Of a stretch of 64,000 bases of DNA, positions 51,120-61,871 are shown piece by piece. Position 1 is the stretch's first letter. Each line of letters starts with the position of its first letter. The position numbers were made by a program, and so were the translations under genes. The notes under the pieces were generated by a model. It did not search any database and was not told the origin of the DNA. It was given only the letters and a program-made list of their open reading frames with translations. This stretch comes from Flavobacteriales bacterium (GTDB lineage: Bacteria; Bacteroidota; Bacteroidia; JANQJC01): contig JANQJC010000076.1 in NCBI GenBank assembly GCA_028281825.1, positions 1,309 through 65,308 of the forward strand, in the 5' to 3' direction.

Positions 51120-54100
51120 TTGAAATTATTCATGGGTAAATTATTTCGCTTGTTATCTGTTCTCTCTACGATTATGTGCTTTGGTATTAATGCCCAGGCA
51201 CAAAACTATTCAGGAACAGCAGCAGATAAATTGGTTAACGGAGCCTTAACGGTAAAGGTGAATGAAACCACTGGAGCAATTGAGTTTGTACGTTTTCGCG
51301 AGGGTGCAAGCCTGAATCCAGGCTCATTCATGATTTGGGCAAAAAAAGTACTTAAACTTGGCGCAAACGAAGAGTTAAGGGAAGTAAATACTTTTAATGA
51401 TAACCTGGGTGGGTATCATAAAAGGTATCAGCAATATTACAAAGGTGTTCCTGTGTTTGGTGCTACCTATACGGCTCATATATACAACGATAGGATAGTT
51501 TCTGTAAGTGGGAAGATAGCTAAGAACTTATCAGGGTCGTCACAAGTTGGCATGAGTGAGAGTGCTGCGTTGGGTGCGGCATTAAATAAAATTGGTGCAG
51601 AACAGTACAAGTGGGAGCTTCCAGAAGAAGAAGAGCACCTGAAAATGGAATCGGGAGACGAGAATGCTACTTATTACCCAAAAGGAGAGTTGGTGTTTAT
51701 TATACCAAGTCTTGATTTTGATGATACCAACTATCACTTAGCTTACCAGTTTGATATATACGCTAACAAGCCTTTATACAGGGCAGATGTATTTGTTGAT
51801 GCCAATACAGGTGAGGTATTGTTTGAGAATAACCATATACATATTGTTGATGCCAACGGAACAGCCGTTACAGGATACAGTGGGACGCGGAATATAGTGA
51901 CGGACAATACTGGTAGTACTTTCCGTTTGCGGGAGAGTGGCCGCGGAGGAGGTGTACAAACCTTTGATATGAATGAAGGCACTAACTATGGCAATGCGGT
52001 TGATTTTACAGATAATGATAATAACTGGAATAATGTAAATGCCAATTTGGACCAATACGCCACTGATGCACATTGGGGTACTGAGATGACCTATGATTAT
52101 TATTTGAACTTCTTCAATAGGAATAGTATTGATGGCAATGGTATGACATTGCGCAGCTATGTACATTATGATAATGGATATTTTAATGCTTTTTGGGACG
52201 GTTCCAGAATGACCTATGGTGATGGGAATAATACACCTTTAACGACCTTAGATGTTGTAGGCCATGAATTAACGCATGGGGTGACTGAGTTTACGGCTGG
52301 ATTGATTTATCAGAATGAGTCAGGGGCTTTGAATGAGTCTTTTAGTGATATTTTTGGAACTGCAGTTGAGTTTTATGCCAGGCCAAATGATGCCGACTGG
52401 TTGATGGCTGGTGACCTTGGAAATGCATTTCGTTCAATGTCAAACCCAGGAGCTTATGGAGACCCGGATACTTATTTTGGAGACGATTGGTATACAGGAA
52501 CAGGAGATAATGGTGGTGTGCACATAAATAGTGGTGTTCAAAACAAGTGGTTTTATATACTTACCGTGGGTGAGTCAGGTACCAATGATTTGGGAGACCA
52601 GTACAATGTAACTGGAATAGGGATGGATGACGCTGCGGCAATAGCTTACCGCAATCTTAGTGTTTATCTCAGTCAGTCCTCAGATTATGAGGATGCCCGT
52701 TTTTACGCCATACAAGCAGCAACAGATTTATATGGCCCATGCTCACCCGAAGTGATTGCTACAGCTAATGCCTGGTATGCTGTGGGTGTAGGTGACTTAT
52801 TCGACCCAACTGTTACCAGTGATTTTGAAACGGTATTGACTTCTTCATGTCAAGCACCATTTGCTGTTGCTTTTGATAATTTGAGTACTAACGGAGGTAA
52901 TTATACCTGGGACTTTGGCGATGGAACCACTAGCAATGTAACTAATCCAACGCATACTTACACTTCATTTGGGGATTATACAGTAACGCTTATTGCAGAT
53001 GGTGGAGTATGTGGCAGCGAGACTGAAGTGAAAAATTCTTACATCAGCGTAAACGGCAACAATCCTTGTATTACCTTCTTGCCCCCTTCTGGTTCAGGAA
53101 CCATACAAACTTCATGTATTGGAACCCTTTATGATAATGGAGGACCGAATGAGAATTATACAGATAATGAAGATGTAAGCATTACTATTGCGCCTGTTGG
53201 GGCTTCAACGGTGACCCTAACATTCACAGAGTTTAACTTTGAAGAAGATTATGATTATTTGTATGTATATGATGGACCGACTACAAACAGTCCTCTGATT
53301 GGGCAATACACTGGCAATAACTTCCCTAATGGGGGAACTATTACATCAACAGGTGGTTCAATCACCATAAGACAAGATTCAGATCCAGCGGTTACTGAAT
53401 TAGGCTTTGCCCTTGATTGGGAATGTGCTGCCATTAACTCGGCTCCTTCACCTAATTTTGTTGGTGACCCGATTATCAACTGTTCTGGCGAGATTAATTT
53501 TACTGACTTATCAGTAAATGGACCAACATCATGGACTTGGGATTTTGGTGATGGGAATACCTCAGACCAACAAAACCCAACGCATATTTATCAAAACGAG
53601 GGTAGCTATACTGTTACTTTGACGGTGAGTAATGGTTTTGGAAGCACACAAAGTGTAAGAAACAATTATGTGGTGGTTGATAAACCTGATGGGCCAAGTG
53701 CTGGTGGCGGTTTGAGATGTGGACCAGGTACCCTGGACCTTACTGCCAATAGTTCAGGAACTTTGAATTGGTATGATGCTGCGACAGGTGGTAACCTTTT
53801 GACTACTGGAGGTAGTTATACAACGCCTTCTTTAAGTACGACGACCAGTTATTATGTTGAAGAGGTAATAAGCCAATTGCAGAATATTGGCCCAGTGGAT
53901 AACAGCTTTGGCGGAGGTGGTTATTTTGCAGGAGACCAACACCTGATTTTTGACTGTTTTACACAGATAACTTTGATATCGGTTAAAGTATATGCTGAAG
54001 ATGCAGGCAACAGAACTATTGAATTGAGAAATAGCTCAGGTGCAGTTTTAGAAACCCTTACAACTAACATACCAGCGGGAGAGAGCAGGGTTAATCTTAA

Positions 54101-55643
54101 CTGGACGGTACCTACTGGAAGCAATTATCAGCTGGGCACCTTGGCAGGTAGCCAACCAGGTTTGTATAGGAATAATTCAGGGCCTTCCTATCCTTATTCA
54201 TTGCCAGGAGGAGTGACAATTGAGACCAGCAGCGCTGGTGATGGTTATTATTACTTCTTTTATGATTGGGAAGTAGAGGCAGGCGAATGTATTTCTGAAC
54301 GGACTGAAGTGGTTGCGGAGATAGTTAGTTCACCTTTGGGAACTGATGGAAACCGCTGTGGTGAAGGCACAGTTGACCTGAGTGCTGCTGGAGGTGGCTC
54401 ATTGGTTTGGTTTGATGCAGCAAGTGGAGGAAACCAAGTAAATACAGGTTTAACCTTTACAACTCCATCAATTAGTAATACAACAACCTATTATGTTGAA
54501 AGCCAAGTGCCCGCGCCTTCGCAGTATGGCGGTGCTACGAATAATAATTTTGGAACAGGCGGCTTTTTTAATGGAACACAGAGCCTTTTATTTGATGCTT
54601 TAAGTGACTTTACCCTGGTTTCGGCCAAAGTATATGCTAGCGGAAGTGGAAACAGGACATTTGAATTAAGAGATGGTGGTGGCACCGTGCTTGAAAGTGT
54701 TACCATTAACGTGCCGAATGGTGAGAGTAGAATTACACTTAATTTTGATGTTACTACCGGAACAGGCTATCAATTGGGGGTTACGGCAAATGCTGACTTA
54801 TACAGGAATAATTCGGGGCCTTCCTATCCTTATACCTTGCCAGGGGTGTTTTCAATTACTTCCAGTACTGCAGGAACGGGTTACTATTATACTTTCTATG
54901 ATTGGGAGGTGAAGCAGGAAGGTTGCTCTACAGATAGGGTAGCCGTTACAGCTTACATTGAGGCTTTACCAGTTTTGAACTCAATAGCTGATGCGGAAAT
55001 ATGTCCGGGGCAGAGTGTGACCATCAATGCTTCAGGAACAGATATTTCATTGTACAATTGGATGCCAGGTAATGTGAATGGGCAAGATTTGACTGTATCA
55101 CCAAATGGGAGCACTACCTATACTGTAACTGGAACAAATAACTGTGGATCAACTTCTGAGGATGTGAATGTAGTGGTATACACCACCAACCAGCCAGTAA
55201 TTACCCAAAATGGCTTCACGCTCTCATCTACAACCGGTGCGAGTTATCAATGGTATTTGGATGGAAGCCCAATACAAGGGGCAACAGATTCGGTTTATGA
55301 GATTGAAGAGCCAGGTGAATACACAATTGAAGTAATTGATGAGAACGGTTGTGTATCAATTTCAGAGGTTGCCAACGTGATAACCATTGGTGTTAATGAG
55401 TCTCAACATGAGGATATTAAGATTTACCCTAACCCATCTACAGGTGTTTTTAACATTACACTGCCCGAAAATAGCAGGGTAGAACTTATGGTTTACAGTT
55501 CAGTTGGAGCATTGGTTTATTCTAATCAAGTTGTGGATAAGACATTCATATTGGATGCATCTACCTGGGCTAATGGGGTTTATTCCATTCACATTAATGG
55601 TGAGAATATCAACCTTGACAAAAAACTAGTGAAAACGCAGTAG
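51120..55643 (+). CDS. T9SS-secreted M4 (thermolysin-family) metalloprotease with PKD, CUB and Ig-like domains
   Basis: FTP/PepSY propeptide, NAFWDG, HELTH, GALNESFSD, DNGGVHINS; two WDFGDG PKD domains; CUB (YDYLYVYDG); CTD IYPNPS. Start may be ATG 51132. Confidence 0.94.
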   Translation: MKLFMGKLFRLLSVLSTIMCFGINAQAQNYSGTAADKLVNGALTVKVNETTGAIEFVRFREGASLNPGSFMIWAKKVLKLGANEELREVNTFNDNLGGYHKRYQQYYKGVPVFGATYTAHIYNDRIVSVSGKIAKNLSGSSQVGMSESAALGAALNKIGAEQYKWELPEEEEHLKMESGDENATYYPKGELVFIIPSLDFDDTNYHLAYQFDIYANKPLYRADVFVDANTGEVLFENNHIHIVDANGTAVTGYSGTRNIVTDNTGSTFRLRESGRGGGVQTFDMNEGTNYGNAVDFTDNDNNWNNVNANLDQYATDAHWGTEMTYDYYLNFFNRNSIDGNGMTLRSYVHYDNGYFNAFWDGSRMTYGDGNNTPLTTLDVVGHELTHGVTEFTAGLIYQNESGALNESFSDIFGTAVEFYARPNDADWLMAGDLGNAFRSMSNPGAYGDPDTYFGDDWYTGTGDNGGVHINSGVQNKWFYILTVGESGTNDLGDQYNVTGIGMDDAAAIAYRNLSVYLSQSSDYEDARFYAIQAATDLYGPCSPEVIATANAWYAVGVGDLFDPTVTSDFETVLTSSCQAPFAVAFDNLSTNGGNYTWDFGDGTTSNVTNPTHTYTSFGDYTVTLIADGGVCGSETEVKNSYISVNGNNPCITFLPPSGSGTIQTSCIGTLYDNGGPNENYTDNEDVSITIAPVGASTVTLTFTEFNFEEDYDYLYVYDGPTTNSPLIGQYTGNNFPNGGTITSTGGSITIRQDSDPAVTELGFALDWECAAINSAPSPNFVGDPIINCSGEINFTDLSVNGPTSWTWDFGDGNTSDQQNPTHIYQNEGSYTVTLTVSNGFGSTQSVRNNYVVVDKPDGPSAGGGLRCGPGTLDLTANSSGTLNWYDAATGGNLLTTGGSYTTPSLSTTTSYYVEEVISQLQNIGPVDNSFGGGGYFAGDQHLIFDCFTQITLISVKVYAEDAGNRTIELRNSSGAVLETLTTNIPAGESRVNLNWTVPTGSNYQLGTLAGSQPGLYRNNSGPSYPYSLPGGVTIETSSAGDGYYYFFYDWEVEAGECISERTEVVAEIVSSPLGTDGNRCGEGTVDLSAAGGGSLVWFDAASGGNQVNTGLTFTTPSISNTTTYYVESQVPAPSQYGGATNNNFGTGGFFNGTQSLLFDALSDFTLVSAKVYASGSGNRTFELRDGGGTVLESVTINVPNGESRITLNFDVTTGTGYQLGVTANADLYRNNSGPSYPYTLPGVFSITSSTAGTGYYYTFYDWEVKQEGCSTDRVAVTAYIEALPVLNSIADAEICPGQSVTINASGTDISLYNWMPGNVNGQDLTVSPNGSTTYTVTGTNNCGSTSEDVNVVVYTTNQPVITQNGFTLSSTTGASYQWYLDGSPIQGATDSVYEIEEPGEYTIEVIDENGCVSISEVANVITIGVNESQHEDIKIYPNPSTGVFNITLPENSRVELMVYSSVGALVYSNQVVDKTFILDASTWANGVYSIHINGENINLDKKLVKTQ

Positions 55644-55689
55644 TAGAAGTGTTGGTGTTGCACCTATAGCACAAATCAAGATTTCGTGT

Positions 55690-55697
55690 TAAGTTTG
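55690..55697 (+). promoter_or_regulatory. -7 promoter element for the Gly-rich T9SS protein
   Basis: TAAGTTTG about 44 nt upstream of the ATG. Confidence 0.5.
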
Positions 55698-55741
55698 TAT
55701 GCTCAATGTTTTAACAGCATAAGGGGATTGAAATTTCTATC

Positions 55742-58165
55742 ATGAAAAAGCTTCTATTATTGTTTGTTTGTGTATTAGCTGCTGCGCTAACGCATGGACA
55801 GAGTGGAAAGAATGGTGATGTAACTATTTCATCGGCGAACGCACAAGTAAACGCTTACACTACATTAACGGCAAATGCATCTGCTGGAGATACCAGAATA
55901 AAGGTTGCGAATAATGCACTGACCAATAATTTCTCGGGGCCACTGGAAGATGGCGACCTCATATTTATTTACCAAGCGCAAGGGGCTACAGTAAATGGTA
56001 CACTGAATGGTAATGTAGGTAATCCAAATGATGTTTCGTGGGGCCAAATCATAGACTACAATAGCTGTGGTAATTATGAATTTGCAGAGGTAAGGAAATC
56101 GAATTCTTCTGATTCAATTGGTTTGTCGTGTCCATTGGCTAATGATTACAGCGTAGCTGGGATAACCCAGGTGGTAAGAGTGCCGAGATACAATAGTTTA
56201 ACGGTGAGTGGTGGAGCTTCTATCACTTGCCCCGCATGGAATGGCAGTTTAGGTGGCTTGGTAGTAGTTGAAGTGAAAGGGCAGACTACAATAGATGGAA
56301 GCATAGACGTGAGTGCAAAAGGTTTTAAGGGAGGTTCATTGGTAGGGGATAATTCTACTACGTACTGGCCGGGATGGGCGAGCACAAGCAAGGAACTGGG
56401 CGCTGAAAAAGGCGAAGGAATTGCAGGCTATCAAGCTAGTTATGATGCAATAGGTGGCAGGTATGCCAGGGGTGCTGCTGCTAATGGTGGTGGCGGAGGC
56501 AATGCACACAATGCGGGTGGCGGCGGCGGTGCCAACGGGGGTAATCCTGAGAACTGGAGTGGTTTTGGAACGCCTGATGCCAGTTATAATACCGCCTGGG
56601 CGCTAGAAAGCCCATCTATTGCGGGGCTAACTTCTTCAGGTGGTGGAAAGGGTGGATATACTTTTTCTAGCAACAATTGCGATGCGATGTCGCAGGGGCC
56701 GAATGATGTTTGCTGGGGTGGTGATAGCAGAAGACCGTATGGTGGAACTGGAGGGAGGCCTCTTGACTACTCAACTGGAAAGCTGTTTTTGGGCGGTGGT
56801 GGTGGTGCCGGTGACCAAAACAATGGCGATGGCGGAGACGGCGGTATTGGTGGTGGACTGATATTTATTGAAAGCCATGATAACGTGACTGGCTCTGGAA
56901 GCTTATTGGCTAACGGAGGTGAAGGTGAGAGTACTGACCCGAGCAGTCCTCCCTTTAATGGCTACTCTGGTTCTGACGGTGCAGGCGGCGGCGGGGCAGG
57001 TGGTACCGTGATTGTCAGCGCCAGAAATAGTATAGGTAATGGACTTAGTATTAGTGCCAATGGGGGAAAGGGTGGAGACCAGGTTTTTGGTATATGGCCA
57101 TTTATTAACGTGAGTGAGGCTGAAGGGCCTGGCGGCGGCGGTGGTGGTGGTTATGTATCACTTTCAACGGCAGGGCCGTCAATTTCAGTGCTAGGTGGAG
57201 CTAATGGTATTACCGAGTCGCCTCAATTGTCGGAGTTTCCTCCTAATGGAGCAACATCAGGCTCAGCTGGGGAAAGCAATACTTCTATTCCAATATGGTA
57301 TTTGGAGTCTGCCGGAGTTTCTATTCCGTGCAGCAGCACATCCGCTACTCTAACAGCTACTGTTGTAGGTGGCTTACCAGGGAATACAACCATCACTTGG
57401 CATGATGCTGAAGTAGGTGGAAACTTGTTGGCAACAGGAGCTACCTATAACGCAACTAATGTTACTTCTTCTACCACGGTTTATCTGGGCACTTGCCCAG
57501 GTCACACTAGGATACCTGTTGATATACAAACCAACACCCCAACATTAACTGTATTATTCCCGCCGTTCTCTATTTGTGAGGGTGATAGTATAGATGTTTT
57601 TGGAACCTACCAGTCTACGGGTGGGCAGTACTTTGATACCTTGCAGAGTGTGCAAGGATGTGATAGCGTTGTATCTCGCATAGTGTCTGTTGATGTGGTT
57701 GATACTTCCGTGACAGAGGGTTTGGGTTTCTTAACAGCCAATGCCAACAATGCAGGCTATCAATGGATAGATTGTAACAGTGGAGAAATAGTGCAAGGTG
57801 AGACTTCGCAGATGTTTGAACCCATGTACAACGGTTCTTTCGCTGTGGAAGTTGCCCAGAATAGTTGTAAAGACACTTCTAACTGCCATACCATGATAAT
57901 AACTGGTATCAACATGGGATTTGATGATAAGTTGTTGGTGTATCCTAACCCGGTTAATGACTTGATAAAGGTTGATATTGGTGATATTTATGATGATGTA
58001 GAGTTGTCTGTATTCAGCACATCAGGACAGCTATTTTACGATGAAAAGATGACCAGTTCTGCTAGAATCAATGAGATAAGCACTGCGCACCTGGCCCCGG
58101 GAATCTATATTCTACAAATACGAGCAGGTGAGCACTTTGCGGTAGTGAAGTTCCAAAAACTCTAG
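55742..58165 (+). CDS. T9SS type A Gly-rich surface protein
   Basis: Signal peptide, GNYEF/QVVRVPRY domain, long GGGGG tracts, Ig-like domain, GCDSVV repeat, CTD VYPNPV...LAPGIY. Confidence 0.88.
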   Translation: MKKLLLLFVCVLAAALTHGQSGKNGDVTISSANAQVNAYTTLTANASAGDTRIKVANNALTNNFSGPLEDGDLIFIYQAQGATVNGTLNGNVGNPNDVSWGQIIDYNSCGNYEFAEVRKSNSSDSIGLSCPLANDYSVAGITQVVRVPRYNSLTVSGGASITCPAWNGSLGGLVVVEVKGQTTIDGSIDVSAKGFKGGSLVGDNSTTYWPGWASTSKELGAEKGEGIAGYQASYDAIGGRYARGAAANGGGGGNAHNAGGGGGANGGNPENWSGFGTPDASYNTAWALESPSIAGLTSSGGGKGGYTFSSNNCDAMSQGPNDVCWGGDSRRPYGGTGGRPLDYSTGKLFLGGGGGAGDQNNGDGGDGGIGGGLIFIESHDNVTGSGSLLANGGEGESTDPSSPPFNGYSGSDGAGGGGAGGTVIVSARNSIGNGLSISANGGKGGDQVFGIWPFINVSEAEGPGGGGGGGYVSLSTAGPSISVLGGANGITESPQLSEFPPNGATSGSAGESNTSIPIWYLESAGVSIPCSSTSATLTATVVGGLPGNTTITWHDAEVGGNLLATGATYNATNVTSSTTVYLGTCPGHTRIPVDIQTNTPTLTVLFPPFSICEGDSIDVFGTYQSTGGQYFDTLQSVQGCDSVVSRIVSVDVVDTSVTEGLGFLTANANNAGYQWIDCNSGEIVQGETSQMFEPMYNGSFAVEVAQNSCKDTSNCHTMIITGINMGFDDKLLVYPNPVNDLIKVDIGDIYDDVELSVFSTSGQLFYDEKMTSSARINEISTAHLAPGIYILQIRAGEHFAVVKFQKL

Positions 58166-58275
58166 GATAATTATCTGGGGGTAACTATCCTGATAATCAA
58201 AGGTTTTGTCGAATTCTGGCTCTATAAAAGAGAAAATAACGTTATTTTTCGGCGACTAAAACCATATTTAACCAA

Positions 58276-60942
58276 TTGATGGATAGAATCAGATTTTTAT
58301 TAATTACCTCCTCACTCTTACTGGTAAGTTTATTTTCTCATGCAACAGAACCTCCATATGTGCCGGGGGAAATGCTGGTGCAAACCATGCCCGGCAAAAA
58401 CATCATGGAGGTGGTGAGAAGCCTTGAGTATTTGGAAGGTGTAGCTACAGGTATTCATGTGAAAAAGAAAGTTTCAGGGCCTATACACGTGTGGTTGTTG
58501 GGATTTGATAATAACACAGTTTATGATGTAAAGATGCTCAACGCGGTGAAGATGCATCCGTTGGTGAGTATAGCCCAGTTTAACCATTACATACAGCAAA
58601 GGGCGGTACCTAATGATACTCAGTTCAACCAGCAGTGGCAATATGTGAACACAGGGCAGGGTGGAGGAACGCCAGGTGCAGATATTGATGCTGACCTTGC
58701 CTGGGATGTGACCACTGGAGGAGTGACTCCCCTTGGGGATACTATCGTGGTGTGTGTGGTGGATGATGGTATTGATACAGGACATAGCGATTTTGGAGAT
58801 AACCTTTGGATTAATCACGCCGAGATACCTAATAACAGTATTGATGATGACAATAATGGTTATGTAGATGATTACTTAGGTTGGAATGCAGACGATAATA
58901 ACGGTGATATAACGGGTGGCTTTTTTGGTGGTGGGCACGGCACGCCCGTAGCAGGAATAGTAGGTGCCAAGGGCAATAATAGTAATGGTGTAACTGGCGT
59001 GAGTTGGGATGTGAAGGTGATGGTTGTTGTGGGCGGTGGTAACGAGGCGCAAGCCGTTGAAGCCTATACTTATCCCTGGATAATGAGAAAAAAGTACAAC
59101 GAAACAGGAGGTGCTGAAGGGGCTTTTGTGGTAGCAACGAATTCATCATGGGGTATTAACAATGGGCAACCGAGCAATGCACCGCTTTGGTGCGCCATGT
59201 ATGACTCTATGGGTGTTGAAGGTATACTAAGTGCAGGAGCAACTGCTAACGCTAATTTTAATATAGATGTGACAGGTGACCTGCCAACGGCTTGCCCCAG
59301 TGATTGGCTGATATCGGTAACTAACACCAACAGGAACGATGTGAAGCTGACACAAGCGGGATATGGAATTACTACTATTGATTTGGGTGCACCTGGAGAA
59401 GGAACTTATACTCCACAATCTGGCGGTGGATATGGTGGTTTTGGTGGAACGTCAGGGGCTACTCCTCACGTTGCCGGAACAATTGGGCTTTTGTATTCAG
59501 CACCCTGCAATTCATTTGCGGTGATGGCCCATGCAAACCCAGGAGATGCCGCCCTTGCCATGAAGGAATATATCATGGATGGCACTGACCCGAATACAAG
59601 TTTAGATGGCATAACGGTTTCAGGTGGGCGCCTGAATGTGAACGGGGCATTGATGGAGATGTTGGATGATTGTGGAAGCAGTGGCTGTACTGAGCCCTTT
59701 TCCCTCAATGCTAGTAGTATTGGGCTTGACTCGGCAATATTAAGCTGGAGTGGGGGATTGGGAACAAACACTTATATCTTAGAATATAGGCGAGTGGGAG
59801 TAAGCTTATGGACTACGGTGGATTCGGCTAGCAGTCCTTATTTATTGGATGGATTGTTGGGATGCGCTGATTATGAGTTCCAGGTTTTGGCGAAGTGTGA
59901 TACTGATACCTCTATGTTTTCAGATGTGTTTGAGTTCACAACTACTGGTTGTTGTGAGATGCCTGAAGGTTTCTCAGCTGGTGTGAGTGGTGTTGACGGA
60001 GGAAGTGCAGCCTGGAACCAGGTTACAAATGCTGTGTCTTATAACGTAAGGATAAGGCCTGTTGTTTCAGGAACGTGGGATGTTGAGAATACTACCGATG
60101 CTGTGATGGAGTACTTTGACCTGAACCATTGCACAGAGTATGAAATACAGGTTCAAACGGTGTGCGATACCAGTACATCAAATTATACAGAGAGTATTGT
60201 GTTTCAGACGGGTGATTGTGACTGTAATGAGGCCAATTATTGTGAGTCTGAAGGTGAAGATAGTGAAGATGAGTGGATAGCTTATGTAGGGCTGGGTAGT
60301 ATTGACAATAGTAGCGGAAATGACGGAGGCTATGGTGACTATACTAACCTTTCAACCGATTTGAATAGGGAAGCTACTTATAGCATAAAGCTGGCTCCTG
60401 ACTATTTAAGCCAATCTTACCAGGAGCGTTTTAGGGTGTGGATTGATTGGAATAGAAACGGAAGGTATGACGACCCATCAGAAAGGGTATATACCTCTGG
60501 TGCCGTAACGGATACTGTAACGGGTAACTTTATCATTCCTGATTCAGCTTCTTTGGGTACTACTGGTATGCGTGTGAGTATGAAGTATCAATCACTGCCC
60601 AGCGTTTGTGCAACGGGGGGCGATTTCGATTTTGGTGAAGTAGAAGATTACTGCGTGAACATTAAGGGAAAAATAGATGGTGTGGATGAACTGGCCTGGG
60701 AAAGCAGCGTGAGTGTTTATCCTAATCCATTTACAGAGCAAACGACCATTGTATTTAATAACGATCACGGAGCGACCATTAGTTTAAAACTGATTGATGC
60801 GTCAGGCAGGCTATTGAGGCAACAAAACACCAATGGGAGCCAAGTGATTGTGGAAAAAAGAGAATTGGGGGCTGGACTTTACATTTTTGAACTTACATCA
60901 GAAAAAGGACATACACACAGAGGTAAGCTGCTTATCAGATAA
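58276..60942 (+). CDS. T9SS-secreted S8 subtilisin-like serine protease with FN3 and GEVED domains
   Basis: Catalytic triad VVDDG / HGTPV / GTSGATP; two FN3-like domains; GEVEDY; CTD VYPNPF. Confidence 0.94.
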   Translation: MMDRIRFLLITSSLLLVSLFSHATEPPYVPGEMLVQTMPGKNIMEVVRSLEYLEGVATGIHVKKKVSGPIHVWLLGFDNNTVYDVKMLNAVKMHPLVSIAQFNHYIQQRAVPNDTQFNQQWQYVNTGQGGGTPGADIDADLAWDVTTGGVTPLGDTIVVCVVDDGIDTGHSDFGDNLWINHAEIPNNSIDDDNNGYVDDYLGWNADDNNGDITGGFFGGGHGTPVAGIVGAKGNNSNGVTGVSWDVKVMVVVGGGNEAQAVEAYTYPWIMRKKYNETGGAEGAFVVATNSSWGINNGQPSNAPLWCAMYDSMGVEGILSAGATANANFNIDVTGDLPTACPSDWLISVTNTNRNDVKLTQAGYGITTIDLGAPGEGTYTPQSGGGYGGFGGTSGATPHVAGTIGLLYSAPCNSFAVMAHANPGDAALAMKEYIMDGTDPNTSLDGITVSGGRLNVNGALMEMLDDCGSSGCTEPFSLNASSIGLDSAILSWSGGLGTNTYILEYRRVGVSLWTTVDSASSPYLLDGLLGCADYEFQVLAKCDTDTSMFSDVFEFTTTGCCEMPEGFSAGVSGVDGGSAAWNQVTNAVSYNVRIRPVVSGTWDVENTTDAVMEYFDLNHCTEYEIQVQTVCDTSTSNYTESIVFQTGDCDCNEANYCESEGEDSEDEWIAYVGLGSIDNSSGNDGGYGDYTNLSTDLNREATYSIKLAPDYLSQSYQERFRVWIDWNRNGRYDDPSERVYTSGAVTDTVTGNFIIPDSASLGTTGMRVSMKYQSLPSVCATGGDFDFGEVEDYCVNIKGKIDGVDELAWESSVSVYPNPFTEQTTIVFNNDHGATISLKLIDASGRLLRQQNTNGSQVIVEKRELGAGLYIFELTSEKGHTHRGKLLIR

Positions 60943-61850
60943 TGAAAATAATGTGGGGTAATGGGTGTGGAAGAAAGATATTGACGGTCTTTCTTGTATT
61001 GCTTGGTTTAGTATCTAAATCCCAGGATTTTCCCAATACGGATATTTTTCTACTCAATATTAGTTGCGAGGGTGATAATGTGTTGGTGCAATCAAAACCT
61101 GTTAATATTACCAAGCGCTATGGATATGATAACCAGCCATCATTCACTCTTGATGGTAAGAAGATACTTTTCTCATCAGTAGGTGAAGATAACCAGAGTG
61201 ATATTTTTGTTTACCACCTTGAAAAGAAGAAGACCGAGCAATTAACCTATACGCCAGAGAGTGAGTTTTCGCCTGAAGTGATGGATGACAAGAAGAGTTT
61301 CTCGGTAGTAATGGTTGAGGAAGATTCTACGCAACGTATCTGGAAATACCCCTTATATGGCCATAATACTCCAATGACGATGATGCAGCATGTTGATTCC
61401 ATAGGGTACTATTCGTGGTTCTATAAGGAGCTATTGGCTTATTTTAAAATAACTGACCCACCAACATTGGAGATAGTTGTCACTGACCGACAGAAACCCC
61501 AGGTAGTGGCTGAAAACATTGGGCGTTGCATCAGGAAGATACCTAATGAGCTTGCGGTTTCTTTTCTTGATAAATCCAGGGAAGGAGATTGGAGAATCAA
61601 GAAGGTAGATACTGGATTGCAAGTACATGAAATAGCTAGGAATTGGTCGACCAGTGAAGATCACTGTTGGACACCTAATGGTATTTTATTGGCTACCTAT
61701 TACGATAGGATATATGCATTAAAGCCTGGCGGGGAGTGGAAGGTAATAGCCGAGTTGGACAAATATGAGATGTGTGAAATGACACGCATAGCCGTGAGCC
61801 CTGACGGAACCAAGCTGGCCGTAGTAAACCTTATGAGCGAAAATGAGTAA
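60942..61850 (+). CDS. Exported TolB-like (PD40) beta-propeller protein
   Basis: GYDNQPSFTLDG, TPESEFSP, RIAVSPDGTKLA; TAATG overlap with the S8 gene. Confidence 0.8.
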   Translation: MKIMWGNGCGRKILTVFLVLLGLVSKSQDFPNTDIFLLNISCEGDNVLVQSKPVNITKRYGYDNQPSFTLDGKKILFSSVGEDNQSDIFVYHLEKKKTEQLTYTPESEFSPEVMDDKKSFSVVMVEEDSTQRIWKYPLYGHNTPMTMMQHVDSIGYYSWFYKELLAYFKITDPPTLEIVVTDRQKPQVVAENIGRCIRKIPNELAVSFLDKSREGDWRIKKVDTGLQVHEIARNWSTSEDHCWTPNGILLATYYDRIYALKPGGEWKVIAELDKYEMCEMTRIAVSPDGTKLAVVNLMSENE

Positions 61851-61871
61851 ATTAGGGCATAATCTCATTGA

